Part shown: positions 28,633 through 37,893 of the stretch, piece by piece
Position numbering within the stretch: the first letter of the stretch is position 1
Layout: each line of letters opens with the position of its first letter
Source: a virus
Taxonomy: Duplodnaviria; Heunggongvirae; Uroviricota; Caudoviricetes
Length of the DNA: 50,545 bases
Strand: one strand, 5' to 3'
IMG/VR virus record: IMGVR_UViG_2617270947_000016
The notes under the pieces: generated by a model
The model's input: only the letters and a program-made list of their open reading frames with translations
The model's database searches: none
Told to the model about the DNA's origin: nothing
Made by a program: the position numbers and the translations under genes

Positions 28633-30486
28633 TTATGATGATGCCGGTGCATTTATCTCCAGCACCAGACTTTCTATCTCAACGCCATACGTTGCATTTT
28701 TGGTAATATCCGTCAGCGTCAGTGCATTTAGTCCCACTGTCAGACTGTCTTTTATGACCTGGAATGCCGGGCCAGCCACTCCATTCAGTTTCGGAGTAAC
28801 CGTGGCACTGCCGGCGGTGAACACCAGCTCCAGCGTCTGCCAGTCGTTACTGTAATTCCCGAACTCGCCCAACTTTGTGTTTCCGGCTTTCTTGTGATGC
28901 ATCAGATTCAGTTTGCCGTCTGTGGTCTGGGTGAAGAACGACATCAGGAACGGGTTACCAGTCCCGGTCATCGCCACGACGTCAGGTAACGCTACATCGG
29001 TATACAGATAAATTCCCAGACCGAACTGGTTGTTGGTCAGTGCGCCTGACAGTCGAAACTTACAGCTCAGTCTGCCACCCCGTGTCAGCAGGGAGACTGC
29101 GTCATCCACCGGGCGCGTCAGGGACCAGGCTTTATTGCTCTGCTTGGTGATCTTAAATACACCATCTGACAACTGAATTCCGCCATTCTTAATGCTCCAG
29201 CCCTGCGCAGCAGCATCTCCGGCTGTCGGCAACAGGGAGATTGTGCGTACGGATGCATCTTCAGACGGCCCCGATGGCGTGTCGCCGCCGGGCGAGGGTT
29301 TGATTTCCGGTGCCTTACCACTGATGAAGGCTGAGGTGCGCCCGGCTGCGTTCAGAATAGCGGTTGCCATACGATCCGGAATAATGCTCCTGCGCGCCCA
29401 TGAACTGAAATGTGTCGGGCGGTTTGATGATACCTGGTTTCCATTCGTTCTCGATGCCGCACCGTAATATCCTGATGCCGGAATATCCGGATCTTCTGCC
29501 GGTGCGTTAGTGGCGGTATTGACGCCGTTACCGTCTGTCATGAAGGGCACAAAATAAACGCCCTCACTCTCCCTGTTTTTATACCCTCCGTACACGGTGT
29601 CGTACTGGGTAGCGTATGTATTTTTCCAGTAATACGTCGTGTCACCACAAATCCACGGTACAACTGCAGCACTGCCGCCATGGCACTGCGCGTTAAATCC
29701 GGAAAGGTCAGTACGGAACTGCTTCAGCATGGCCGTGAACAGGTCCGGTTGCTGTGCGTAGGTGGCAGCGCTCATGTCAAATTCGCCCTGCATCCAGCAC
29801 ACCGCCAGCAACACATTTTTCGGGTTCTTCTGTAATGCAGCTTTAGTGCGCGCAATCAGGTCCTGATATAGCGGTTTACCCACACCCCAGCGTGCCGAAT
29901 CCTGGCTGGCCCCCGCGTCCGCACTGAATGTCCCCTCCGCGCCCTGGGTGAATGCCGAACCACCACGACAGCATGGTACCAGCAGGATCCCCGCGTTATT
30001 CGGGATATACGGGAGCAGTTTTTTGGCAATATGTAAGCCCTGGCCGACACAGCCGTACTGCCCTTTGCTCAGGTCTGCCTTCGGATGATTCAGCGTACTC
30101 ATATCCTGCACATCATGCAGACAGTGGTCAGCCGGGATGATGTCGTTATACGTACAACTCTCTCCACCCGGAGTTACCGTGCTGCGGCGCGCCAGCTGTT
30201 TAATGCGCGGATCCGGAGCATCGTAAGAATCCGGTAACGGAAGCCCTTCACCGTAGGCCATGCCGTTGGACTGTCCGGCAAGCACAACCACGTAGAACCA
30301 GTCCGGCTCAGATGAAGGGCCGACCTGTGGATCTCCTTCAATAGCCACCGCCTGCATCAGTGTGTACGGCGTAATGGCAACCGGTCCGCCATATGGCTGC
30401 CAGCCCTCTTTCAGTTTGTGTGTCAGCTTTTCCGCAAGGTCTGACGGCGACGCCGCCCTGACAACATCATAGTGTTTAAATGCCAT
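28633..30486 (-). CDS. nanS: Prophage sialate O-acetylesterase (NanS-p-like; DUF1737 N-terminus plus SGNH/SASA esterase domain)
   Basis: 617 aa; MAFKHYDVVRAAS... N-terminus and VVLAGQSNG esterase motif; located between tRNA cluster and holin as in Stx-type prophages. Confidence 0.8.
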   Translation of the reverse strand: MAFKHYDVVRAASPSDLAEKLTHKLKEGWQPYGGPVAITPYTLMQAVAIEGDPQVGPSSEPDWFYVVVLAGQSNGMAYGEGLPLPDSYDAPDPRIKQLARRSTVTPGGESCTYNDIIPADHCLHDVQDMSTLNHPKADLSKGQYGCVGQGLHIAKKLLPYIPNNAGILLVPCCRGGSAFTQGAEGTFSADAGASQDSARWGVGKPLYQDLIARTKAALQKNPKNVLLAVCWMQGEFDMSAATYAQQPDLFTAMLKQFRTDLSGFNAQCHGGSAAVVPWICGDTTYYWKNTYATQYDTVYGGYKNRESEGVYFVPFMTDGNGVNTATNAPAEDPDIPASGYYGAASRTNGNQVSSNRPTHFSSWARRSIIPDRMATAILNAAGRTSAFISGKAPEIKPSPGGDTPSGPSEDASVRTISLLPTAGDAAAQGWSIKNGGIQLSDGVFKITKQSNKAWSLTRPVDDAVSLLTRGGRLSCKFRLSGALTNNQFGLGIYLYTDVALPDVVAMTGTGNPFLMSFFTQTTDGKLNLMHHKKAGNTKLGEFGNYSNDWQTLELVFTAGSATVTPKLNGVAGPAFQVIKDSLTVGLNALTLTDITKNATYGVEIESLVLEINAPASS

Positions 30487-30680
30487 GAATCCTCCCGGCC
30501 GGGATAATATTGTGAGTAAAATGAGGAGCGGGCTGAAGTCCGGAAGTTACAGGACAATGGCAGAAGAGAGACAATAGCCCGCAATACGAAAAAGGCCGCG
30601 CTATTGCGCAGAGTGATTACTGTCGGATATTATTCGCCAGCTGAAATATTACTTCACGTTTTGTTGTTTATTCCTTGCCG

Positions 30681-30708
30681 CCCGCGTCTCCCTGCGCGGG
30701 ATTTTTTT
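30681..30708 (+). terminator. Hairpin plus T7 tract (plus strand) in the tRNA-nanS spacer
   Basis: CCCGCG-N8-CGCGGG followed by ATTTTTTT. Confidence 0.4.
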
Positions 30709-30720
30709 GTCCATAAGAAA

Positions 30721-30738
30721 GCCCCTCCGGAGAGGGGC
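30721..30738. other. Perfect 7 bp hairpin GCCCCTC-CGGA-GAGGGGC
   Basis: Direct sequence inspection; U-rich tract follows on minus strand. Confidence 0.4.
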
Positions 30739-30935
30739 TGGAGAGTGGCGCTATGTGCCATTGCATGGTGCCGGGTGCCTCCCGGTGAATTCAGTACCAG
30801 CACCTGAATCCGCGATTATCCCATATACCTACTCGCTGATTGCCCCTCCGCACAGGGGGATTCACCATGCCAGTTTCTTTTAACAAACTCCCCGCAAAAC
30901 AGACAACTGTCAACCGTCTGAATTGTGAGACATTT

Positions 30936-30961
30936 AAAAAAAAGGCCCGCAAAAGCGAGCC
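30936..30961 (-). terminator. Rho-independent terminator downstream of tRNA cluster
   Basis: GGCTCGC-TTTT-GCGGGCC hairpin followed by T8 on minus strand. Confidence 0.55.
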
Positions 30962-30975
30962 AGGGAAAATAAGTG

Positions 30976-31052
30976 TGGCGCGTTGTACTGGATTCGAACC
31001 AGTGACCGATTGCTTAGAAGGCAATTGCTCTGTCCGGCTGAGCTAACAACGC
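30976..31052 (-). tRNA. tRNA-Arg (anticodon UCU)
   Basis: 77 nt cloverleaf: acceptor GCGTTGT/ACAACGC, anticodon loop CTTCTAA, T-loop TTCGAAT, 3' CCA. Confidence 0.85.
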
Positions 31053-31065
31053 AGGGTACAGATAA

Positions 31066-31142
31066 TGGACCGCCATCGAGGACTCGAACCCCGCGCAACC
31101 AGCTTCGAAGGCTGGCGCTCTATCCTGATGAGCTAATGGCGG
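31066..31142 (-). tRNA. tRNA-Arg (anticodon UCG)
   Basis: 77 nt: acceptor CCGCCAT/ATGGCGG, anticodon stem CCAGC/GCTGG with loop CTTCGAA, T-loop TTCGAGT, 3' CCA. Confidence 0.75.
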
Positions 31143-31149
31143 TATGTGA

Positions 31150-31225
31150 TGGTGGCCCTTGCTGGATTTGAACCAGCGACCTGGCGATTATGAGTCGCTC
31201 GCTCTCACCACTGAGCTAAAGGGCC
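31150..31225 (-). tRNA. tRNA with CAU anticodon, ileX-like (tRNA-Ile2 / Met)
   Basis: 76 nt: GGCCCTTTAGCTCAGTGGT...CTCATAA...GGTTCAAATCC...CCA; resembles E. coli ileX. Confidence 0.8.
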
Positions 31226-31274
31226 GCGCGCAGAATAATAACGTTACGGAATTAATACTGCAATCTCATCCGTT

Positions 31275-32324
31275 TCAAACGATTAAATCCTGAACTTCCC
31301 TGACTGTCTGCTCAAAACGTCCGGTCTCCAGCTCAACACCAATCGCACGACGCCCCAGTGCCATCGCCGCTTTTACCGTTGAACCCGACCCCATGAAAAA
31401 ATCCGCAACCAGATCACCAGGACGACTACTTGCGCTGATTATCTGCTGCAGCATTTCTGCCGGTTTTTCGCACGGATGTTTCCCTGGATAGTACTGCACC
31501 GGTTTATACGTCCACACATCGGTGTACGGCACCTGCACCGTCACACCGAAATACCGCCGCAAATTTTTATATTCACTCAGCAGTTCCATATACTGCCGGT
31601 TCAGCTCACTGTATGTGCTGACCAGCTGGTGGTGTGGCTTTTCCAGTTCCCCGCGCTGATGTTTCTCTTCTGCCACCCGGGCAAACAGCGACTGTAATTT
31701 CAGATAATCGCTTTCGTTCGGTAGCTGCCACTGACTGGCACTGAACCAGTGCGGCACCATGTTTTTCTTTCCTGTGGCATCTGCAATCTGTTTTGCCGTT
31801 ATCCCCAGGGCAGCGCGCGCATCACGAAAGTAAGCAATCAGCGGGGCCATCACATGCTGTTTCAGTGCCCTGCCCTTCGCCTCATACCCGGCATCTTTCG
31901 GACGATACGGCCCCTGATAATGTTCCGCGAACAGAATGCGCTCTGTGGCGGGGAAATACGCCCGCAGGCTTTCCTTGTTGCATCCGTTCCAGCGTCCGGA
32001 CGGCTTCGCCCAGATAATATGGTTCAGCACACTGAAGCGTTCACGCATCATGATTTCGATATCAGATGCCAGGCGATGACCACAGAACAGGTAAAGACTT
32101 CCGGCAGGTTTCAGCCCCCGCCAGAACTGCGCCAGACACTGGTCCAGCCACTTCAGGTAATCATCGTCGCCCTTCCACTGGTTATCCCAGCCCTCAGGCT
32201 TCACTTTAAAGTACGGCGGGTCCGTGACTATCAGGTCAACAGAATTTTCGGGTAACGACCGGATAAATTCCAGGCAGTCGGCGTTGATTAACTCACAACT
32301 GGATATTTTTACAGTATTAGCCAT
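31275..32324 (-). CDS. DNA methyltransferase, beta-class (DPPY then FxGxG), probable N6-adenine specificity
   Basis: 349 aa; VTDPPYF catalytic motif followed by C-terminal FFMGSGST SAM-binding motif. Confidence 0.8.
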   Translation of the reverse strand: MANTVKISSCELINADCLEFIRSLPENSVDLIVTDPPYFKVKPEGWDNQWKGDDDYLKWLDQCLAQFWRGLKPAGSLYLFCGHRLASDIEIMMRERFSVLNHIIWAKPSGRWNGCNKESLRAYFPATERILFAEHYQGPYRPKDAGYEAKGRALKQHVMAPLIAYFRDARAALGITAKQIADATGKKNMVPHWFSASQWQLPNESDYLKLQSLFARVAEEKHQRGELEKPHHQLVSTYSELNRQYMELLSEYKNLRRYFGVTVQVPYTDVWTYKPVQYYPGKHPCEKPAEMLQQIISASSRPGDLVADFFMGSGSTVKAAMALGRRAIGVELETGRFEQTVREVQDLIV

Positions 32325-32464
32325 AGATCAATAAGCACTTCTCTGATAGGCTCATACCGCTTTTGCGCAAAGCAGATGGGCCTGAGGTTTGCTTGTGACC
32401 CCAACGCATGAGCAGATGGCTGGTGGGTGCCCCTAACACCCACCAGCCGCCCATTTACCACAAA

Positions 32465-32489
32465 TAAAAAAGCCTTCACTGCGGAAGGC
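32465..32489 (-). terminator. Rho-independent terminator at end of wHTH gene
   Basis: GCCTTC-N7-GAAGGC hairpin followed by T6 on minus strand. Confidence 0.5.
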
Positions 32490-32673
32490 GTCTGTAACAA
32501 CCGAACTGATAGTCTGCCAGACCCGCCATAACCAGCTGGGTCAGTATTAACTGGCAGCGTTCGCGTGAAAGGTAAGTATTCTGCGCTATCTCCCCGACTG
32601 TCGCCGGTTCGGTAACGCTTAATTCATTAAACACCACTCTGGCGGTTTCTGTCATATCCTGCTGTTTTAGCAT
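32476..32673 (-). CDS. Small winged-helix protein, PapI/FaeA-like
   Basis: 65 aa; pattern ...TVGEIAQNTYLSRERCQLILTQLVMAGL... resembles PapI/FaeA winged-helix regulators. Confidence 0.4.
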   Translation of the reverse strand: MLKQQDMTETARVVFNELSVTEPATVGEIAQNTYLSRERCQLILTQLVMAGLADYQFGCYRRLPQ

Positions 32674-32791
32674 GCCTTTTCCCTTTTCTGGTTAACGTGA
32701 CATACCAATAACTCTTGTCGAAAAAGCCAGCAAGCTGAAAGACCGATATTAATAACTACCAGCGCGTTTAATGTACCGCACTTCGGGCATC

Positions 32792-32814
32792 AAAAAACCC
32801 GCTCAATGGCGGGG
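32792..32814 (-). terminator. Rho-independent terminator after membrane-protein cassette
   Basis: CCCGC-N6-GCGGG hairpin followed by T6 on minus strand. Confidence 0.5.
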
Positions 32815-32835
32815 TTAATTAATGAGGTAACAACC

Positions 32836-33633
32836 TTAACTTGTTTGATTCTGTACTTCAGTGGCCTTCTTCCCTTCAATACCTGCCTTGAAAGTCTCGA
32901 ATGTTTCAACATTAAACAGCGAAAAAGATTCGATCTGATCGAAGGGCAACACATGCCTAAACTGATAAACTGACAATGGCTCAGAAGTTAATGTGATACC
33001 CTGACTAAGGTAGTAGTCCACATAATTATGCTCAACACAAAAAGTCAGAGTATCTTTATCTCTGTACCCGGACATAAAAGGGATTAGCACCAATGTGTTA
33101 GTATCTAACTGATTGAAACGTGCCTCATCAATCATCCCCACATAGACCTTGCGAGACTTCAGTGTAACCAACAATAACAATCCACGCTCAACTGATTCAA
33201 GAAGGATATTTTCCACGGCACTATGAGCCGCAATTTCTTCAAAAATAGCCTTGCGCTTTTGTGGGTCTTTATGGTTTTTGGTTGCCTCTGATGCCTTCCC
33301 GATACTTACAATAATAGTGAAAGCTATCGACATAGCAGGGAACATGCTCAACCCAAACACTCGCATTTTGAGAAAGTCATGGGCGAAAGTAAAGGGAGCG
33401 TACCAACCAAACAAGTACGCTGGAATGTTCCAAAGTGACATTCCAGCGTACAGAACAACAACCAATAAGGCAGCGATAAGAATACCACTTATGAGAAACT
33501 CACCACCTTTCAGTGCAACATCAAAGTATGCATTCCAACCGATCGCTTTGCTTTGACGGTATCGTGACGGCAAATGGCAGTTGGTATAGTGATAACCACA
33601 AACTAAAACAATAACAATCAGCGCAGCCCACAT
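32836..33633 (-). CDS. Hypothetical integral membrane protein (three N-terminal TM helices, ~150 aa soluble C-terminal domain)
   Basis: 265 aa ORF in visibly AT-rich DNA; start 6 nt after stop of upstream small gene. Confidence 0.6.
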   Translation of the reverse strand: MWAALIVIVLVCGYHYTNCHLPSRYRQSKAIGWNAYFDVALKGGEFLISGILIAALLVVVLYAGMSLWNIPAYLFGWYAPFTFAHDFLKMRVFGLSMFPAMSIAFTIIVSIGKASEATKNHKDPQKRKAIFEEIAAHSAVENILLESVERGLLLLVTLKSRKVYVGMIDEARFNQLDTNTLVLIPFMSGYRDKDTLTFCVEHNYVDYYLSQGITLTSEPLSVYQFRHVLPFDQIESFSLFNVETFETFKAGIEGKKATEVQNQTS

Positions 33634-33639
33634 AGAAGA

Positions 33640-33867
33640 CTAACCCTTCTTCTTAGTACTCAATCCCTTAATATTGGCTGCGAAAGCCTTTTGCACATCA
33701 GCGTTGTTGCGATTCAAAACCATCGAACCATTACTATCAATGAAAAACTTGTCACTTTCATGCTTAGCTTCTTTTCCATCACACATGGAAGCTATATCTG
33801 CAATTTTTTTGATGATCTTCTCAGGTGAGAGGATCGCGCGAGCGGCAAGTGTTAGATATTTCGGCAT
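33640..33867 (-). CDS. Hypothetical small basic protein (75 aa), first gene of two-gene cassette
   Basis: Internal start MPKYLTLAARAIL with strong RBS GGAGGGGAG; the ORF-track N-terminal extension is hydrophobic read-through. Confidence 0.55.
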   Translation of the reverse strand: MPKYLTLAARAILSPEKIIKKIADIASMCDGKEAKHESDKFFIDSNGSMVLNRNNADVQKAFAANIKGLSTKKKG

Positions 33868-34044
33868 GCTCCCCTCCGTTAACAGATAAAACACAAAAAG
33901 CACACAAACAAAGTATGCGCACATCCTAACCTATGTGGCTAACAACCACTTTCTTTTATAAGATGAGTGTATTACCTAAAGGGTAACTCGGCAATAGCAG
34001 AATAGTTTTAGCAAGGTAAAATCGATGGTCTTTCGCTCAACTTA

Positions 34045-34075
34045 CGACAAAAGATAGCCCGCTCAGCAGCAGGCT
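34045..34075 (-). terminator. Terminator-like hairpin downstream of Q-like gene (tR'-position candidate)
   Basis: AGCCTG...CGGGCT stem followed by TCTTTTGT on minus strand. Confidence 0.3.
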
Positions 34076-34139
34076 TTGTTTAGTTTGCCATCGTGTACAA
34101 AATCAGCAAAATATCAGATTTACACGAAATGTACGCGAT

Positions 34140-34835
34140 TTAATTGACTTTTGCAATAACCCGCCGCGAAAAGGTCGCTTTTTGTTGCGATCTTGTTTTC
34201 ATGGTATAAATCAAAGATTCGTTGTCGAGGTTCTTAAAAATGTCGCACATATCACGCCAGTAGTGCGCATAATTGTGGCTCCAGTTGTCTGACTTAACTC
34301 CACACAGTCTGGCAAGTTCCTGTCGCTGGTAGACGTCACACCCAGTAATCCTCCCCCTGACATCCTGCGCCGCCAGCCAGATTAATTTCTTCAGACGCTC
34401 AAGCGTTTTCCCTGTAATTTTTCTGGTGCCAAAATGCACCTGAAACTTATCCCACGCCCATTTCGCAATGACCACCTGATAATCCCAACTCGGATTTTCA
34501 CTGTATACCCACAGTACCCACGCCTTCTGATGCTCTTCAAGAGACAGAACGGCGCGTCGCCATGATGATGTCGAAAACTCAACCGGACTGACTAGGGCAA
34601 TTGATGAACCTTTCGCCAGCGATTGCTTTCCCGGGATCGGTGGATTATCCAGCGTTACCATTTTTCCAGTGACCTTATCGCGGTACCGGATTTTTTTACG
34701 TCTGTAACGCCCTGTATCAAACATGGCATTCTCCTGCCAGGCTTCAAGCTGACCTTTTGTTGCCCCACTCAAATCGGCGGTGGCGATAATGAGTTGCTCA
34801 CGAACAAACTGTAAATACTGGTTATTCATGCGCAC
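34140..34835 (-). CDS. Putative late-gene antiterminator, Q-like (assignment by position)
   Basis: 231 aa ORF directly downstream of rusA and upstream of the late region, the Q position; no lambda Q similarity or zinc finger seen. Confidence 0.4.
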   Translation of the reverse strand: MRMNNQYLQFVREQLIIATADLSGATKGQLEAWQENAMFDTGRYRRKKIRYRDKVTGKMVTLDNPPIPGKQSLAKGSSIALVSPVEFSTSSWRRAVLSLEEHQKAWVLWVYSENPSWDYQVVIAKWAWDKFQVHFGTRKITGKTLERLKKLIWLAAQDVRGRITGCDVYQRQELARLCGVKSDNWSHNYAHYWRDMCDIFKNLDNESLIYTMKTRSQQKATFSRRVIAKVN

Positions 34836-35185
34836 TCCAGCTCTGTGATTTTTATCCCCAACCGACCACCAGGAACAGGCAGTCCGCGCACAATATTGAT
34901 TTCATCAAACTGCTCGTCGTCGATAAGCAACCCCGCATGTGTCAGTGCATCCAGTGGTGCTTTCAGAATATTGTCCAGGTCACGACGGCGCTTATCCGGT
35001 GGCTCTGCAATCACCTTTATCGCCAGCCTTCCGGACAGGCTTAATTTCAGCCGCTGCTGGCGAACAATAAGCGCCACTGCCCGGCGATAACGCTCCCCGG
35101 CTTTTGATACAAAATATGTGCTGCCACGGCGTCGCCAGTAAGTGTTCACCGTCGGCGGGTAAGGTAAAACCAAATCTATGAGCAT
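34826..35185 (-). CDS. rusA: Holliday junction resolvase RusA
   Basis: 119 aa; RRRDLDN...DALT..G...DD motif region matches RusA. Confidence 0.85.
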   Translation of the reverse strand: MLIDLVLPYPPTVNTYWRRRGSTYFVSKAGERYRRAVALIVRQQRLKLSLSGRLAIKVIAEPPDKRRRDLDNILKAPLDALTHAGLLIDDEQFDEINIVRGLPVPGGRLGIKITELECA

Positions 35186-35197
35186 CAGTCACCTCTT

Positions 35198-36217
35198 TTA
35201 CCCAAGCACGCCAGTTGCAAAGGCGTGATCAAGAAAACGAAAAATTAAATCAACCTGAGAACCATGCTTTTCTTCGAACGCCAGAGGATCCGCATGAAGC
35301 TCGTTGTGATGCTCCCGACACAGCGGTAGCGTGAAAATATCGTGAGATTTTGTCCCCATTCCGCCCTGACCATGACCAATCAGGTGATGGGGATCGTCGG
35401 CTGGCTTACCACAACATGCACACGGCTGCGTCTTAACCCAGCGCGTGTACTTTTCATTAACCCAGCGACGACGTTTTGGGCGTAACATAAAAGACTCCGG
35501 AGACTCCGGATCCACTTTCAGCGCCAGCACCTTTTTCGCCTTATCCTGGATGATGCTGGTGGCAGTAACCGAAGGCACAAGGTCACTTTCCCGGGTGACA
35601 GACGGCACAACAGGCTTCGGTAATCTCAGTGCCTTACGGGCTGCACTTTCCGGTAAGGCATCCGCCAGGTCATTACGAATCAGCCACCAGCACAGTTCCG
35701 GCATTGTCACAACGTGACTGTCATCAAAACCAAGATCACGGCGCACAACAGACAACACCCAGCGGGCACAGTTATCCGTTGCCATTGCTTCCAGCCGTTC
35801 CGTGAACTGGTCACGGAGAAGATTGTCACAGTGCCAGCACAGACGGATTGCGCCTGGCGCGTGCCGCATTGTGGTCATGTTCTCGCTGTGCCATCCGGAA
35901 TGAGGCCACTGACAGCCTTTTTCACGAAGTAACCAGCTCTCAAGGCATTCCACGCCACCAGCACGACGGATCACCGCCTCATGGCGGAACACGGCCCGAA
36001 CGGCAGGATCATCCGCCAGCGGTTGTGATGCTGCCGGAACGGCACCGCTGGCGAAAGATGAATAACGTTCCGGCTCAGGCTCCAGCAGGACACGCCCCTG
36101 CATAAACAGGGGCATCAGCTCTGAACCGGGCCTGAACAATACAATCCCCATACGCGGGGCAATTTCAGGGGTCAGCAGTGCTCTCACGGTCACCTCAGCA
36201 AACGATATTGAATGCAT
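35198..36217 (-). CDS. DUF968-like nin-region protein with C-terminal Cys/His (HNH-like) motif
   Basis: 339 aa; C-terminal CACCGKPADDPHHL...CREHHNELH. Confidence 0.55.
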   Translation of the reverse strand: MHSISFAEVTVRALLTPEIAPRMGIVLFRPGSELMPLFMQGRVLLEPEPERYSSFASGAVPAASQPLADDPAVRAVFRHEAVIRRAGGVECLESWLLREKGCQWPHSGWHSENMTTMRHAPGAIRLCWHCDNLLRDQFTERLEAMATDNCARWVLSVVRRDLGFDDSHVVTMPELCWWLIRNDLADALPESAARKALRLPKPVVPSVTRESDLVPSVTATSIIQDKAKKVLALKVDPESPESFMLRPKRRRWVNEKYTRWVKTQPCACCGKPADDPHHLIGHGQGGMGTKSHDIFTLPLCREHHNELHADPLAFEEKHGSQVDLIFRFLDHAFATGVLG

Positions 36218-36238
36218 ACAGAGAAAAAAACTCAGTCA

Positions 36239-36496
36239 TCACGCAGTAAACTCCTTCACCAGTATTTCAAACTGGCTTACCTGTCCTTCCAGTTCCGCCA
36301 CGCAATCCACCAGCTCATCCACCGCCTTTTGTGTGCGGTGTTTTGCCTGCAGCAGATCACGAAGCGCCGGAGTAAGCTGCTTGCGGAGCGTATCTTTTTT
36401 CACGCTCGTTTTTTCCATCTGTTCAGCACAACGAAGCATCTCCTGCGCCTGCCGACGAAGTTGTTCCGGTGAAACAGTGATTGTTCTGTTGTTCAA
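36239..36496 (-). CDS. Hypothetical coiled-coil protein
   Basis: 85 aa ORF between replication helicase and DUF968 gene. Confidence 0.4.
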   Translation of the reverse strand: MNNRTITVSPEQLRRQAQEMLRCAEQMEKTSVKKDTLRKQLTPALRDLLQAKHRTQKAVDELVDCVAELEGQVSQFEILVKEFTA

Positions 36497-37893
36497 AATA
36501 AACGCTCCGTTTTACTGCCCGACATGCGGTTATTGCTGTATCTGCGCGGATTGCCCGGCGTCATGGGTGTGGAAAGAACCCGGGCACTCTCCTGGTCCAC
36601 AGGCAGAAAATGTCCGTTATGAAAACGCCGGTAAATGGTCCCGAGCGTGCCATTACGCTGTTTCGTGATGTTGATTTCTGCTATGCCTCTGGCCTGAGTT
36701 TCCGGGTTGTATACCTCATCCCTGTAAAGCATCAGAATGATGTCGGCATCCGCCTCGATTTCCCCGGAGTTTTTCAGGTCCGAGTTCATTGGGCGTTTAT
36801 TGGGTCTGGATTCCACGCCGCGGGAGAGCTGGCTCAGAGCAATCAGCGGAAAACCGCCGGATTTTGCCAGGCTTTTAAGTCCCTTTGAGATTTCCCCCAC
36901 CGCAAGGTCGTGACGCCCCGTGCTGCGGGTTTTAATCAGGCCGAGGTAATCGACCACCACCAGCGCCGTTTCCGGGTGTTTCATCCGGTGGTGCTTCGTG
37001 GTTGCACATATCTCATCAATGGTCAGGTTTGCCTGGTCCACCATCCAGATATTACGCCCCGTCATTCGTCCCACGCCCTGCGAGAAACGCGCCCAGTCTT
37101 CATCTTCAAAACGGGCAACAGACTTAAGACGGGATACCGGCATTCCACCGGCAGCAGACACCATACGTTCACCAATCTGGATGTTCGCCATCTCCATGGT
37201 GAACAGAAGCACGCCATGCCCCTGCTCAGTCACCTTGTCGATGATGTCCAGCGCAAGTTCGGTTTTCCCCATCGAAGGACGGGCGGCAATGAATACCAGG
37301 TCTCCGGGCTCCATACCGCCCGTTTTTGCGTCCAGTTCATCAATACCGGTCATCAGCGCCCTGGATTTCTCCAGTCCCTGATTGCGGCATTCAACACGGT
37401 CGACCACTTCCGGAAGGACATCATCAATGTGAACCGGCTGAATGACGCCCTTTCCGGTCGACAGTGAGGCCATCATGTTCTGCACATCCTTCAGGGCATC
37501 CTCGGCTGCTTCACAGGTATACGCATCACGTAAATTCTGTAATGCTTCAGTCAGTGTTTTTTCTGCATCGCGCAGTGCGGCATTGCGCCGCAACGCTGCG
37601 ACATAGTGCTCCAGTGAAGACTTCACCCAGGTTTTGCGTCCGGTGTCGGTAATCACCGGGGCAAGTTCCGGCATCTCATTGCACAGCAGTACGGGGTCAA
37701 TGACGCCGGATATGCGAGCCTGTCTGCAAATCCCCGCGTAAATATCCCGGTACTGACGCACAAAAAATACATCCGCCGGAAGTGTGGCCAGAATATCCAT
37801 CACTTCCGGATCGGCCCCACGCAGAAAAAACGCACCGATGACAGCGCCTTCCAGGTCATCGTTACGCCATGCCGGGGTGTTCTGGCTGGTCAT
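36493..37893 (-). CDS. Replicative DNA helicase (DnaB family)
   Basis: 466 aa; Walker A GKT, DnaB-type C-terminal RecA-like domain motifs. Confidence 0.9.
   Translation of the reverse strand: MTSQNTPAWRNDDLEGAVIGAFFLRGADPEVMDILATLPADVFFVRQYRDIYAGICRQARISGVIDPVLLCNEMPELAPVITDTGRKTWVKSSLEHYVAALRRNAALRDAEKTLTEALQNLRDAYTCEAAEDALKDVQNMMASLSTGKGVIQPVHIDDVLPEVVDRVECRNQGLEKSRALMTGIDELDAKTGGMEPGDLVFIAARPSMGKTELALDIIDKVTEQGHGVLLFTMEMANIQIGERMVSAAGGMPVSRLKSVARFEDEDWARFSQGVGRMTGRNIWMVDQANLTIDEICATTKHHRMKHPETALVVVDYLGLIKTRSTGRHDLAVGEISKGLKSLAKSGGFPLIALSQLSRGVESRPNKRPMNSDLKNSGEIEADADIILMLYRDEVYNPETQARGIAEINITKQRNGTLGTIYRRFHNGHFLPVDQESARVLSTPMTPGNPRRYSNNRMSGSKTERLF

Noticed and set aside
30487-30975. Shiga toxin genes
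   Set aside because: Looked for in the canonical slot between the tRNAs and nanS-p; no ORF of suitable size or signal-peptide start is present.
30791-31046. ORFs of 77 and 68 aa overlapping the tRNA cluster
   Set aside because: They overlap three well-formed tRNA cloverleaves.
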